DNA of 62,123 bases, the filler included. It is 9 parts of 9 records of this genome, joined end to end, with 100 filler letters (N's around TTAATTAATTAA, not from the genome) between each part and the next. Parts side by side here need not be neighbours in the genome. Positions count along the whole stretch, not along the records: positions 6,500 to 15,978 come from SRR31147125_98008; positions 16,079 to 22,333 come from SRR31147125_98137; 7 more parts are not named here. The stretch is one strand, 5' to 3'. The notes beneath the pieces were generated by a model, which ran no database searches, was not told the DNA's origin, and was given only the letters and a program-made list of their open reading frames with translations. The first letter of the stretch is position 1. Every line of letters begins with the position of its first letter. Below are positions 10,690-21,771 of the stretch, piece after piece. Position numbers and translations under genes: made by a program.

Positions 10690-13297
10690 ATGGTGACCAA
10701 CAGACCACTTTATTACTGGGTTTTGCAAAGACATCGCATGCGGCAGCTGGTGATTTTGCTGCTGATTCTCTCCAGCGTCGGCCTACAGATCATCCCTTTG
10801 GAACTGCAGAAAAAAATTGTCAACACCACCATACCCCATGGAGATATTCCCGGCCTTTTATATAGTTCCGCGCTCTTTTTTCTTACCTTTATCTTGTTCG
10901 GGGCCATAAAATTCATCATTAATATGCTCCAGGCCAATCTGGGACAGACCATTCTTTTTGAAATCAGACAAAGCCTTTACGACCGAATGCTACAGCTGCC
11001 CATTGGATTTTTCCATACCCATCCACCGGGAACTGTCATCAACGCTCTGTCCGGGGAACTGTCCGAAGTCGGCCATTTCATCGGCGGCGGCGTAACGGTT
11101 CCGTTGACCATTGGCCTTACCCTCATCGCTTTCGGCGGCTACCTGTTCTATTTGCATCCGCTGCTGGCGGCCATCAGTCTTTCCATTTATCCCATAGAAA
11201 TCATTTTGCTTCCTTTTCTCCAGAAACATTACAACCGCCATAACAGAAAACGGATAATTACCCTTCGAAAAATGAGCAACAAAATCAATGAGTCGGTTAA
11301 CGGGATTCATGAAATTCATACGTGCGCCCTTTATGAAAGGGAAAAGAACGGGTTTCGAAGCATTGCCGTCACCTTGCTCAGCACCATGGAACAGCTCTTT
11401 TTTTTCAAATATATCATCAAAATGCTCAATAACTACTTTCAAAATACCGGTCCTTTTCTTTTGTTCATCGTCGGCGGATACTTTGCCGTCAAGGGAGAAT
11501 TATCCCTGGGCGCACTGGTAGCTTGTCTGTCCGCCTATGAAAAACTATACGAGCCCTGGAAGGAAATCATCGGATTTTATCAGGGGTATCAGGATGCGGC
11601 CGTGCGATACCGCCGGGTAATGGCCACCTTCAACGAAAACCCAGTCTTTACGATAGGCCCTTCCCAGCGCCGGGTGATACATCTTAAGGGAAATGTCCAG
11701 GTGAAGGGATTGCGTTATCCGGCCGGTCACACGCCTCCCCTCCTCCGAGATATCTCTTTTTCAGTCCGTCCCGGCGAGCATCTGGCCATCGTGGGATGCT
11801 CCGGCAGCGGAAAGTCCACCCTGGCCAGGGTATTGGCCCAGCTGTACACCCATCACCAAGGGGAAATATTTTGGGACGGCCACTCCCAAAAACAGCTCAC
11901 CAAGGCGGATATTACCGCCAATTTGGGATATGTAGGACAGGAGCCGTATATTTTTGACGGCACCGTGCTGGACAACATCCTGCTCCCGCCTGCATCTGCA
12001 GCCATTCCGTCTGATGAAAGTTCATGGTTGTCTGAATATTCCCGTATAAAGGGCCTGAATGAAACTCCGACATCTTTCAGCACCCTTGTCAGGTGTATCA
12101 ATGATGTCGGGCTTATCCATGACATTTTCCGATTTGCCCTTGAAAGCAAACTGACGCCCCATTTGGAAAAAACAATGGGAAAACGTCTGGTGGCCCTTCG
12201 GCCCATGTTGGCACAGCGCCTGGATATCCATCGTTCCAACACCATTGAACGGTTTGATGAAGACCATTTCCTCTCCCATCTGGATTTGTACTCCAATCTT
12301 GTTTTCAGCGACGTCAAAGGCAGCGGGCTTTCCAGGCAGCACATTGCCGAGCATCCTCTGTTTAGAAAGTGTCTTCAGGATTATCAACTTGAAAAAATGA
12401 TGATCCGGTTAGGTTATGACATTGCTGCGGAAACGACCAGGGTGCTCAAGGATGTGCCTGCCGTCCCCCATTTTTTTGCACCGACACCCGTATCTTATCA
12501 TGATATGGACCGGTATCACCGTATCGCAGGCAGATACAGCGATGGAGACATCCATCGAATGAGCCAAAAAGAAAAAATACAACTGTTGAACCTTGCCCTG
12601 GCGTATATACCGGCGGAACATAAGGTGGCAACGATTACCCAAACACTAAAAAAACGCATTCTTGCGTTCAGAAAGGATTTTCTTTCCGGTTGTATAAAAT
12701 TCAACGGTCCCATGCATCCCGATTTCAAGTCTTCATTATGCCTTCCCCCCAAAAAAAGGGTTTGACGCTTTCTCTTGCGATGAAACATGCTTTCATCCGT
12801 ACCATCCGGACAGCTACCTGCCTTCCAGAACCGTCCTGGAAAATCTTTTGTTCGGCATCATTAAAGCAGAGTATCCCGGGGCATTTGATCGATTCAAAGA
12901 GGGGGTCATCGCATACCTGGAAAAGGATAGGCAATTGTACCATGAATTGATCCGTATCGGCCTTGGATTCAAAACCGAAAGGCGCGGTGCAAATATTTCA
13001 GGCGGACAGAGACAAAAAATTGCTTTGGTTCGCGCCTTGATCAAAGATCCGCCCCTACTGATACTGGATGAGGCCACATCCGGTCTGGACAATACCTCCC
13101 GGAAAAAGGTCCAGTCCCATATATCTCAAAATTTAAAAAAACGTACCACAATTTTCTCCGTTATTCATCAGGTAGATCTGCTGCCGAACTACGACAAGAT
13201 TTTGGTGATGAAAGAAGGAAAAATCGTGGAAAACGGGTGTTATCACGAACTGATGGCAAAAAAAGGCACCTTGTTTGAACTGGTGTCCGGTCCATAG
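10690..13297 (+). CDS. ABC exporter (fused TMD and NBD) with a large insertion in the NBD; frameshift at C6A7 near 12750
   Basis: TMD, Walker A GCSGSGKS, Q-loop. The second frame carries ISGGQRQKIALVRAL and ILDEATS; frames join at the homopolymer. Confidence 0.88.
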
Positions 13298-13600
13298 GGG
13301 CGGACGAAATGTAGCCAAAAAGTGATGGGATAATGCAACCGATGGAAAGCGGCCATGATTATCACGATATCGCGACGAAGTGAAAAAAATACTTTTATTA
13401 CAACGTATTGTATAAGTTTTTATATGAACAGGCAAGAAACAATAGTGCCATACACAGACCTGATGGGCAGGTCTTTTACACTTGAACAGGGTATGGGAAC
13501 CCGATTTTTTTCCATACCCGCAATACCCGTAAAAAGGCGATACGCTCAGACGTCCCAAGGAACCCGTCCGGCAAAGTCTTTTCAAACATTAGGAGGAAAA

Positions 13601-15052
13601 ATGAACAAAAAAAAACCCGTCACTTCCGGTATCAATCCAGGCAGATTTATGCTCTGGGCAATTCTGGCAACACAGCTCTGGATGCCCTTTCAGGCCGGAG
13701 CCATGACATTTCATGCAGGAGATCAAGGTCAACTCCAACTCTCCGGTGCCTTTAAAGCCTGCTTCGGCATGACCCGATACCTTGACTGGGTAGATGATCA
13801 TGATAAGGGCGATGATTCGGATTTCGACGCGACAAGGGAACTCAGTCTGAAGACCGAATGGATTGTAAATGACCACCTGAAGGGGGTACTCAGCTTTCAG
13901 ATCGGTGAAGGATCCACCGGCGGCTATTTCGGCAGCACCGATGCCGTGGTCGGGGGTGAAGAAGACGGCGACCTGATCCTTGAACTGGACAAGTTGTATA
14001 TCGATTATATCACCACTGCCGGGCTTCATTTTAAAATAGGTTCCCAGTCGGCTGCTCTGAATGAAATTGCTTACGGCAGCCATATCATGAGTGAAGTTCC
14101 GGCTGGTGTGACCATGACCGCTCCCCTTTCAAGTGCAGCCTCAGTGGAGCTGGCCTGGTTCAGGATAGCGGATCTCATGGATGATTCGGAAAGCAACACC
14201 GATGATCAGGCAGATCTCTTCTGGGCCAAGCTCCTCCCCTTTACAGTGGGAGAAATAACCCTGACGCCCTGGACTGCCTATGCCGGAATCCAGGAAGATG
14301 TGGTCAGAAACGCCCCCAGTTATTGGCGATATGCCTATTTCGATTATCCTGAATTTCTCACAGGTTCCCACAGCGGGATAACCGACCCCATGCCTGTGGA
14401 TGATGTCACCGCCTATTATGTCGGCACTTCATTAGCCTTCACCCCGAACGATGCCCTGTCCGTCCGGGCCAGTTTCACTTACGGGGATATGGCCTGGGAA
14501 ACCGCTTCCGTGGATGCGAACATTGCCGGATATTTTGCAGACCTGGTCATTGATTACAAAATGGGGATATTCACTCCGGAAATATTTGCCTTTTACGGCA
14601 ACGGTCCGGATGCGGATGATGATGATCTGGACATGATGCCTGTCCTCATCGGCGGTCCCTGTTACACAAGTTCATTTTTCGGGGGCAGTCGTTTCAACGA
14701 CAACATGTTTGATTCCCATGATGTCACCTATGCCACATCCATGTGGGCAGTGGGCGTAAAACTCAAGGGAATTGAAACAGGAGAGCGCCTGACCCATGAG
14801 TTGCAGGTCATGTACGCGGAAGGTACCGCGGAAGACGCCCTTTTTCAGGCACCGGATGATATCCTGTTGAACGAGGATGAAAGCGTTTTGGAGGTAAATT
14901 TTAATTCCGAATACCAGATTATGGAACACCTGTTGTTCGCCACGGAACTGGGGTACATGGTCTTTGACGAAGACGAAGACTATGATGAAACAGTCAACGG
15001 GGAAGTGGAGGATTTCTGGAAAGTCGCATGCAGCCTTGAATTTCAGTTTTAA
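13601..15052 (+). CDS. Outer-membrane porin-like beta-barrel (deltaproteobacterial homotrimeric porin type)
   Basis: AGGAGG RBS before the ATG at 13601; signal peptide; LKGVLSFQIGE; acidic; C-terminal LEFQF (terminal Phe). Confidence 0.7.
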   Translation: MNKKKPVTSGINPGRFMLWAILATQLWMPFQAGAMTFHAGDQGQLQLSGAFKACFGMTRYLDWVDDHDKGDDSDFDATRELSLKTEWIVNDHLKGVLSFQIGEGSTGGYFGSTDAVVGGEEDGDLILELDKLYIDYITTAGLHFKIGSQSAALNEIAYGSHIMSEVPAGVTMTAPLSSAASVELAWFRIADLMDDSESNTDDQADLFWAKLLPFTVGEITLTPWTAYAGIQEDVVRNAPSYWRYAYFDYPEFLTGSHSGITDPMPVDDVTAYYVGTSLAFTPNDALSVRASFTYGDMAWETASVDANIAGYFADLVIDYKMGIFTPEIFAFYGNGPDADDDDLDMMPVLIGGPCYTSSFFGGSRFNDNMFDSHDVTYATSMWAVGVKLKGIETGERLTHELQVMYAEGTAEDALFQAPDDILLNEDESVLEVNFNSEYQIMEHLLFATELGYMVFDEDEDYDETVNGEVEDFWKVACSLEFQF

Positions 15053-15059
15053 CCGAAAA

Positions 15060-15097
15060 CCGGCATGCCGGTTGGAAACCCTTAAACGGCATGCTGG
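15060..15097 (+). terminator. Hairpin downstream of the porin gene
   Basis: CCGGCATGCCG...CGGCATGCTGG inverted repeat just after the stop; no clear U-tract. Confidence 0.4.
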
Positions 15098-15228
15098 AAA
15101 ACGTGCGTTGTCCTTCTTGATGGCGTTGTAAAAAACTTCCTGGAGATTTTTACATCGCCATCGGCTGCTCTTTTTTTGAGGGTATTGTTCTTGTTTTTCC
15201 AGATGATGGAATTTCCTGTTTGATTCGG

Positions 15229-15715
15229 TTAAGGCGATTGCTGATATGGCGGGGCCGGATAGTATTCGAGCAGCCGCTGTACCTCTCGAGCGTGTTCCGG
15301 TCCGCGTATGCGACCGACCAGCCATAACGTCATGTCAATGCCAGCGCTGACACCGGCGCTGGTGATCAGCTTCCCGTCAACAACGTAGCGTTCGTTGTCT
15401 ATTAGAGAGGCTTGGCCTTGCATGCGTAGTGTTTTAATCTGTGCGACCTCTGGCCGGACCTGCGGCAATGAGTATCGCAGTACCGGTACAGACACCGGTA
15501 GTCCAGCAACTCTGTTGGTCAACTTTGATAATCCAATCTAGTAATTGACGGTCAGACAGCTGCGGCGACGGGTCGGGAGAACCGGGGATCACCAAAATAT
15601 CCGGTAGCGGCGCGTCGCTGAAATCGTGATTCGGAATGACTCTGAGTCCGCCAAGACAGGTGACCGGTTCTTTCGCCCCTGCAACGGTGTATATTCCTGC
15701 AACAACAGCGGCCAA
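15229..15715 (-). pseudogene. DJ-1/PfpI-family remnant
   Basis: DILVIPG and TGVCTG in one frame, RYVVDGKLITSAGVSAGIDM in another; the N-terminus and part of the middle are missing. Confidence 0.75.
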
Positions 15716-15978
15716 TAATTGTATTCAGCAGATAGCGAGGGCGTTGGCGGCGCTGACGCGGCAAACTCTTTGGCGCCACTGCTGATACACAGCATTGAAC
15801 TAAACCACTTTGCGAAAGCATAGTATGTAAAATCAAAACCTTATACCTCTCATTCTCTCATTTCTTTAAGATGTATAAAATCAAATTAATCTCTTCAATC
15901 AATACATAAGTACCTGGACAGATAATCACCGGAGCCAAAGCCACCGTTATCAAGTCGTTTCTCCGGAAAAATACCAGA

Positions 15979-16078
15979 NNNNNNNNNNNNNNNNNNNNNN
16001 NNNNNNNNNNNNNNNNNNNNNNTTAATTAATTAANNNNNNNNNNNNNNNNNNNNNNNNNNNNNNNNNNNNNNNNNNNN
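15979..16078. other. Artificial contig linker
   Basis: N44-TTAATTAATTAA-N44. Confidence 0.98.
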
Positions 16079-16524
16079 AAAAAACGAACCCTGTTGCACC
16101 AGCAAAACATTGGTTTTGTTTTTCAGCAATATCATCTAATTGATGATTTGACAGTCTATGAAAATCTTGAAACACCGTTACTATATAAAAAAGTGAAATC
16201 TTCCGAGCGTAAAAGCCTGGTGGCAGATATGCTTGACCGCTTTCATATTGTGGCTAAAAAAGATCTGTTCCCGAGCCAGCTATCTGGTGGTCAGCAGCAA
16301 ATGGTGGCCATTGCCAGAGCGCTTATCATCAACCCAAAGCTTATCCTGGCTGATGAACCCACCGGCAATCTCAATTCCAAACAGGGATTTGAGATAATGG
16401 ATATGTTAAAACAACTCAATGACGAGGGTACAACGATCATTCAGGTAACCCATGATGAAAAAAAGCGGCATATGGAAACAGGATTATTCATTTGTCGGAT
16501 GGGTGGCTTGAAAGGGAGGAATAA
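16079..16524 (+). CDS. ABC transporter ATP-binding subunit (LolD/MacB-type), 5' truncated, frameshift near 16460
   Basis: IGFVFQQYHL, LSGGQQQ, ILADEPTGNL, VTHD; the shifted frame gives AAYGNRIIHLSDGWLEREE*. Confidence 0.9.
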
Positions 16525-16574
16525 GGGATATTTAAAGGGGATAAATACCATTCTTATTCTTCTTTTCTAATAAT

Positions 16575-16706
16575 TGGATAGATATAATCATCTTGCCACT
16601 AAAATAGGCAGGATTGGCTGCTTTGTTGATTGCACTTTTAACCGTAAGCTGGCAGGCAATGCGGGCGGCAATGGCAAATCCGGTGGAGAGTTTACGATAT
16701 GAATAA
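16575..16706 (+). pseudogene. Orphan 3' end of a MacB/FtsX-like permease gene
   Basis: WIDIIILPLK*AGLAALLIALLTVSWQAMRAAMANPVESLRYE*, close at DNA level to the ends of the two downstream permeases. Confidence 0.85.
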
Positions 16707-16832
16707 ATATTGCAAACTTGATATCCTGTTGTTAAATCGGGATAGGGCGCTGAGGTATGAGTAAATAAATCACTGAGTGCCTGGCTAAAAGAATCAAGTG
16801 TTTGCACTTTATGCTCATAAAACAGATGAATC

Positions 16833-19175
16833 ATGTTTAAAAGTTATTTAAAAATTGCTTTTAGGAACATGCTTAAATATAAAACGTGTGCATTTTTAAA
16901 TATATTCGGATTAGCAGTCGGCATGGCTTGTGCACTGTTGATTTTTGTATGGGTGTTGAATGAATTGAGCTATGATCGGTTTCACAAAAAAGCAGATCAT
17001 ATATATCGGTTCGTTGCGGAAGCAAATAATATTCGTTATGCAATATCACATGCGCCGTTTGGTAAAACACTGAAAGATGAATGCCCGGAAGTTGTTGCAT
17101 CAACAAGAATGCTGCTTTTGAATATCGAGTGTATTATAAGACATGATAATCACATATTTGAACGAGAGATTCGTGAAGTTACTCCCGATTTTTTTGAGGT
17201 ATTTTCTTTTCCTGTTTATGCCGGCGATCTTAAAACAGCTCTGATGAATCCAAATGGTATTGTCATTACAAAGGCTTTGGCCGAAATATGCTTTGGAAAT
17301 AATGATCCGATTGGTAAAACGCTTCTTATTGATGATCAGGACTATCTAATAACCGCCATCATCCAAAATATACCACAAAATTCGCATATCAAATTTGATA
17401 TACTCAGACCAGTGCAGTGGTCAACAGAGTGGGATGATTGGTCCTATTATACTTTTGTTTTACTCGATAAAAACAGTTCTGTTGATGAACTGGTCACAAA
17501 AATGAATCGTATTTTTCAACGTGTGAATCCAGCAGCAGAAACAACATATTTCTTACAGCCACTCACTCAAATCCATCTCGATTCTGGCTTCAAATTTGAT
17601 GCTAAGAGTAATCGTGACATCCAGTATATTTATATGTTTACTATCATTGCCATATTCATTATTGTGATCGCTTGTATCAATTTTATTAATTTAACAACCG
17701 CGCGCTCAGCCAATCGCCTCAAAGAAGTAGGCATCCGTAAAGTCGTTGGTTCTAATTTCAGACAACTTGTTCAACAATTCTTCAGCGAAACGACTCTGGT
17801 GGTCTTCCTGGCATTTTTAATAGGCCTTGTTTTAGTTGAAATATTACTTCCTTTTTTCAACCATATTCTGTCACAACAAATGAGCTTTTCCCTCCTGGAT
17901 GCAAATTTATTATTAGGGATTGTTTTAATGTTGCTTTTTGTGGCTCTCTTATCGGGTCTTTATCCTGCTTTCTTTATATCAAAGCTGCAGCCCATCCGAA
18001 TATTAAGACAAAAATCTGTTTCTAATGTAAAAGGAAGAGGATTTCGCAGAATATTGGTTATGATTCAATTTGCCTGCTCGATTAGTCTCATCGCTGCTTT
18101 GTTGATTGTTTCCAATCAATTATCCTACATGAGAAATGCAAAATTGGGATTCAGTAAAGAAAATCTCATTTATCTTCGATTACATGGTGAATCACGTTCT
18201 ATAGCAAGAACAAGTCTGCTTAAAAATGAATTACTTGCAAATCCAAATATTTTGAACGCTTCGGCGTGCAAGCATCTTCCATTCAAAACAATGGATGGCA
18301 CAACAGGTGCCAGATGGGAAGGAGCAAGTGATACTCCAAATCTTCAAATGGCCATTTTTACAACAGACTATGATTTCCTTCGAACTTTTGGTGCAGATAT
18401 GGCAAAGGGGCGTTTCTATTCAAAGGATTATAGAACGGACAATAAAAGCAGCATAGTCCTGAATGAAGCTGCTATTAATGCTATGCAACTCTTGTCACCA
18501 ATAGGAGAGCAATTCATCTATGATGGTAACCGGCAAATAATAGGCGTCATGCGTGACATCCATTTTCAATCCCTGAAAGAAGTAATAGAACCAGTCATTA
18601 TTCGCCTTGCATTTGATGAAAATTTAGGCGAAAGAAATTATTTGGTTCTCAGGATGAAATCGAATATCTCTGATTTGAATGAAATTGTTACTTTTCTGGA
18701 AAATACATGGTACAATGTTAATCCAAATTATCCTTTTGAGTTTCATTTTATGGATGAATATTTAGATAATATCTATGTAAGCGAACAACGGTTGAGTCAA
18801 ATTTTTAGCTATTTTACTATACTGGCTATTCTAATCGCCTGCCTGGGACTGTTTGGTCTTGTTTCTTTTGTGGCAGAACAACGAACTAAAGAGATTGGTA
18901 TTCGAAAAGTACTTGGCGCAACGGTAGCAGGTATTGTTAATATGTTAGCAAAGGATTTTCTCAGGTGGGTTGTTTATGCGAATCTCATCGCATGCCCAAT
19001 TGCCTGGTACATCATGAATAAATGGCTGCAAAACTTTGCTTACCGGATTGATATAACTATCTGGCCATTTTTGCTGGCAGGACTGACAGCGTTGTTGATT
19101 GCACTTTTGACCGTAAGCTGGCAGGCGATTCGGGCGGCAACCGTGAATCCGGTGGAGAGTTTACGATATGAATGA
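16833..19175 (+). CDS. ABC transporter permease (duplicated MacB_PCD/FtsX type)
   Basis: MFKSYLKIAFRN start, ACINFINL...KEVGIRKVVG, RTKEIGIRKVLGA, NPVESLRYE end. Confidence 0.95.
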   Translation: MFKSYLKIAFRNMLKYKTCAFLNIFGLAVGMACALLIFVWVLNELSYDRFHKKADHIYRFVAEANNIRYAISHAPFGKTLKDECPEVVASTRMLLLNIECIIRHDNHIFEREIREVTPDFFEVFSFPVYAGDLKTALMNPNGIVITKALAEICFGNNDPIGKTLLIDDQDYLITAIIQNIPQNSHIKFDILRPVQWSTEWDDWSYYTFVLLDKNSSVDELVTKMNRIFQRVNPAAETTYFLQPLTQIHLDSGFKFDAKSNRDIQYIYMFTIIAIFIIVIACINFINLTTARSANRLKEVGIRKVVGSNFRQLVQQFFSETTLVVFLAFLIGLVLVEILLPFFNHILSQQMSFSLLDANLLLGIVLMLLFVALLSGLYPAFFISKLQPIRILRQKSVSNVKGRGFRRILVMIQFACSISLIAALLIVSNQLSYMRNAKLGFSKENLIYLRLHGESRSIARTSLLKNELLANPNILNASACKHLPFKTMDGTTGARWEGASDTPNLQMAIFTTDYDFLRTFGADMAKGRFYSKDYRTDNKSSIVLNEAAINAMQLLSPIGEQFIYDGNRQIIGVMRDIHFQSLKEVIEPVIIRLAFDENLGERNYLVLRMKSNISDLNEIVTFLENTWYNVNPNYPFEFHFMDEYLDNIYVSEQRLSQIFSYFTILAILIACLGLFGLVSFVAEQRTKEIGIRKVLGATVAGIVNMLAKDFLRWVVYANLIACPIAWYIMNKWLQNFAYRIDITIWPFLLAGLTALLIALLTVSWQAIRAATVNPVESLRYE

Positions 19176-19374
19176 AACTTGCAAACTCGATATGCCGATG
19201 TTCTAAATCGGGAATGATGCATCTGGTTACGAATAGATAAGGTGAGTAGGTTTGAGCTGGAGTATGGATCCTTAAAAGTATAAATAAAAAATAGAAACAG
19301 AGTGTGAGGTGTAAATTTCGGAAGACATTTTCCAGGTTCCATGTCTGACGTTTTGTTTCTATAAGGAAAGGATC

Positions 19375-21702
19375 ATGTTTAAGAATTTTCTTAAAATGGC
19401 CATTCGAAATCTTGTCAAGCACAGGATCTATTCCTTACTCAATATAGCAGGATTAGCAATAGGATTGACCTGTGCTATACTCATATTAGTATGGGTGCAA
19501 CATGAATGGAGTTATGATAGATTTCACGAAAATTCCGATCGTTTGTTTCGTGTCGTTTTTACAAATGAACAAAAAGATTTCCATGGATATTACCAGCCTG
19601 GTCCATTAGCTGCATACCTGAAGGGAAATTTTCCCGAGATTGTGCAAACCACAAATTTTGCTGAAATGCAATGGAAACTGTCATATAAAACCCAGGGATT
19701 CTTTTGTTTTGGAAGTTATGTTGATCCGGATTTTTTTCAAATGTTTACCTTTCCATTGATACAGGGTGATCGTGGGACTGTTTTGGCCAGTCCATATTCC
19801 GTTGTTGTTTCGAAATCTTTGGCTAATAAAATTTTCGGACCAAGCGATCCTATAGGAAAAATCCTAAAGCTGAATGATCAGATTGATTTAAATATAACAG
19901 GTGTATATAATGATGTTCCAAAAACATCACATCTGCAGTTTGATTTTGTGATCCCTTTTGAAAACGCTCCGGATTGGATGAAAATGTGGGATCGAAAGTG
20001 TGTCAAAACCTATGTATTGCTCCGTAATGATTGCCCTGTAGATGAAATAAGTGAAAAAATTTATGGCGTAATGAACAAGCACAACCCAACCTGGAAAAAT
20101 GTGCTTTACCTATATCCAATTACGAAAAGCCATCTCTATACACTCAGTGGTGGTGGTCTTATCACGTATCTTTACATTTTTTCAGTTCTGGCAATTTTAA
20201 TATTAATTGTTGCCTGCATTAATTTCATGAATCTCTCAACAGCCCGTTCGGAAAAACGGATGAAGGAAATTGGAATTAAAAAAACTGTGGGTTCGTCAAG
20301 AATTGCGTTGGTAACACAGTTTTTAACCGAGACGATTTTACTTTCCTTTCTGTCCCTTTTTCTTGCAATCATGTTGGTTGAACTCCTGCTTCCATATATC
20401 AACAATATATTAAACATACCACTCGACCTTCATTATTCATGCAACATGATTTTCCTTCTATTTGGAATTGGGCTATTGACAGGTCTTATGGCGGGAAGTT
20501 ATCCGGCATTTTATCTTGCATCGTTCAGGCCAATTTTGATTTTGAAAGGTGGAACCACAAAAAGAACCGGTTTTAAAGCTCCTCTGTTAAGAAAAATGCT
20601 TGTCTTTATCCAATTTTCTTTCTCCATTCTAATCATCACCTGCGTTGTGTTTATCCATAACCAGCTGCAATTTATTCAATCCAGCAACCTGGGATTTAAC
20701 AAGGATCAGGTTTTAATGATCAGAACCAGGGGTAACTTGCAGCAGAAATGTTCTATAGTCAAAAACGAACTGCTAAAATATCCGAATGTGCAAAGTGTAA
20801 CCGTCTCGGCAAACAATCTGACCAATTTTGCAGGATCTGGAACCGGACCTGTTGAATGGGAAGGTAAAAATAGTGATAAAATTGTTGAGGTTGGATTTAA
20901 TTTTGTTGATGACGATTTTTTAAAAACATTCCAGCCTAAAATGGCACAAGGGAGGTTTTTCTCGAATGAATTTACAACCGATATGTCAGAAGCGTTTGTC
21001 ATCAATGAAACAACCATGAAGGAGATGGCTATTGCCGATCCCATAGGTAAAAAACTTACAACCTGGTTCGGCAGAAAAGGCAAGATTGTTGGTGTTATAC
21101 ACGATTTTCATACGCTGTCACTGCGTGATGAAATGATACCTATTGTTCTTATACCGACAGAAGCGGCAAATTACCTCTGTGTTCGAATTCATTCCGATGA
21201 TATTTCAAATACGATACAATTTATCGGGAAAAAAATAAAAGAAATCGTGCCGGATGATCCGTTTGAATATCAATTTTTGGATGAGGAGATTGACAGGCTT
21301 TACAAAACAGAACAATTAACTGGTAAACTGGCAACATTCATTGCCTTACTTGCGATTTTTATTTCCTGTCTGGGACTTGTTGGCCTGACTTCATTTTCTG
21401 CCGAACAGCGTACCAAAGAAATTGGTATCCGTAAGGTATTAGGTGCCTCTGTTCTGATTATTCTATCCATGCTCACAAAAGACTTTATCAAATGGATAAT
21501 ATGTGCTAACCTGGTTGCCTGGCCAATTGCCTGGTACGCTATGAAAGAATGGCTACAAAATTTTGCTTATCGGATCGAAATAACGATATGGCCATTTTTA
21601 CTGGCAGGATTGGCTGCTTTGTTGATTGCACTCTTGACCGTATGTTGGCAGGTTTTTCGGGCGGCAACGGCTAATCCGGTGGAAGCGTTACGGTATGAGT
21701 AA
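19375..21702 (+). CDS. ABC transporter permease (duplicated MacB_PCD/FtsX type)
   Basis: Same architecture and motifs; ends NPVEALRYE. Confidence 0.95.
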   Translation: MFKNFLKMAIRNLVKHRIYSLLNIAGLAIGLTCAILILVWVQHEWSYDRFHENSDRLFRVVFTNEQKDFHGYYQPGPLAAYLKGNFPEIVQTTNFAEMQWKLSYKTQGFFCFGSYVDPDFFQMFTFPLIQGDRGTVLASPYSVVVSKSLANKIFGPSDPIGKILKLNDQIDLNITGVYNDVPKTSHLQFDFVIPFENAPDWMKMWDRKCVKTYVLLRNDCPVDEISEKIYGVMNKHNPTWKNVLYLYPITKSHLYTLSGGGLITYLYIFSVLAILILIVACINFMNLSTARSEKRMKEIGIKKTVGSSRIALVTQFLTETILLSFLSLFLAIMLVELLLPYINNILNIPLDLHYSCNMIFLLFGIGLLTGLMAGSYPAFYLASFRPILILKGGTTKRTGFKAPLLRKMLVFIQFSFSILIITCVVFIHNQLQFIQSSNLGFNKDQVLMIRTRGNLQQKCSIVKNELLKYPNVQSVTVSANNLTNFAGSGTGPVEWEGKNSDKIVEVGFNFVDDDFLKTFQPKMAQGRFFSNEFTTDMSEAFVINETTMKEMAIADPIGKKLTTWFGRKGKIVGVIHDFHTLSLRDEMIPIVLIPTEAANYLCVRIHSDDISNTIQFIGKKIKEIVPDDPFEYQFLDEEIDRLYKTEQLTGKLATFIALLAIFISCLGLVGLTSFSAEQRTKEIGIRKVLGASVLIILSMLTKDFIKWIICANLVAWPIAWYAMKEWLQNFAYRIEITIWPFLLAGLAALLIALLTVCWQVFRAATANPVEALRYE

Positions 21703-21771
21703 TGCGGAGATATGCCTTTGCATGATGTAGGGTTACGAGATGAATAAAAGTAAATCAAAACATGAGTACAC

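Noticed and set aside
13355..13600. N-terminal extension of the porin ORF, and likewise of TolC (9013-9204), the PRTase (35779-35880) and GH36 (51060-51137)
   Set aside because: Downstream ATGs have a clear SD sequence and/or signal peptide; the extensions are incidental open frames
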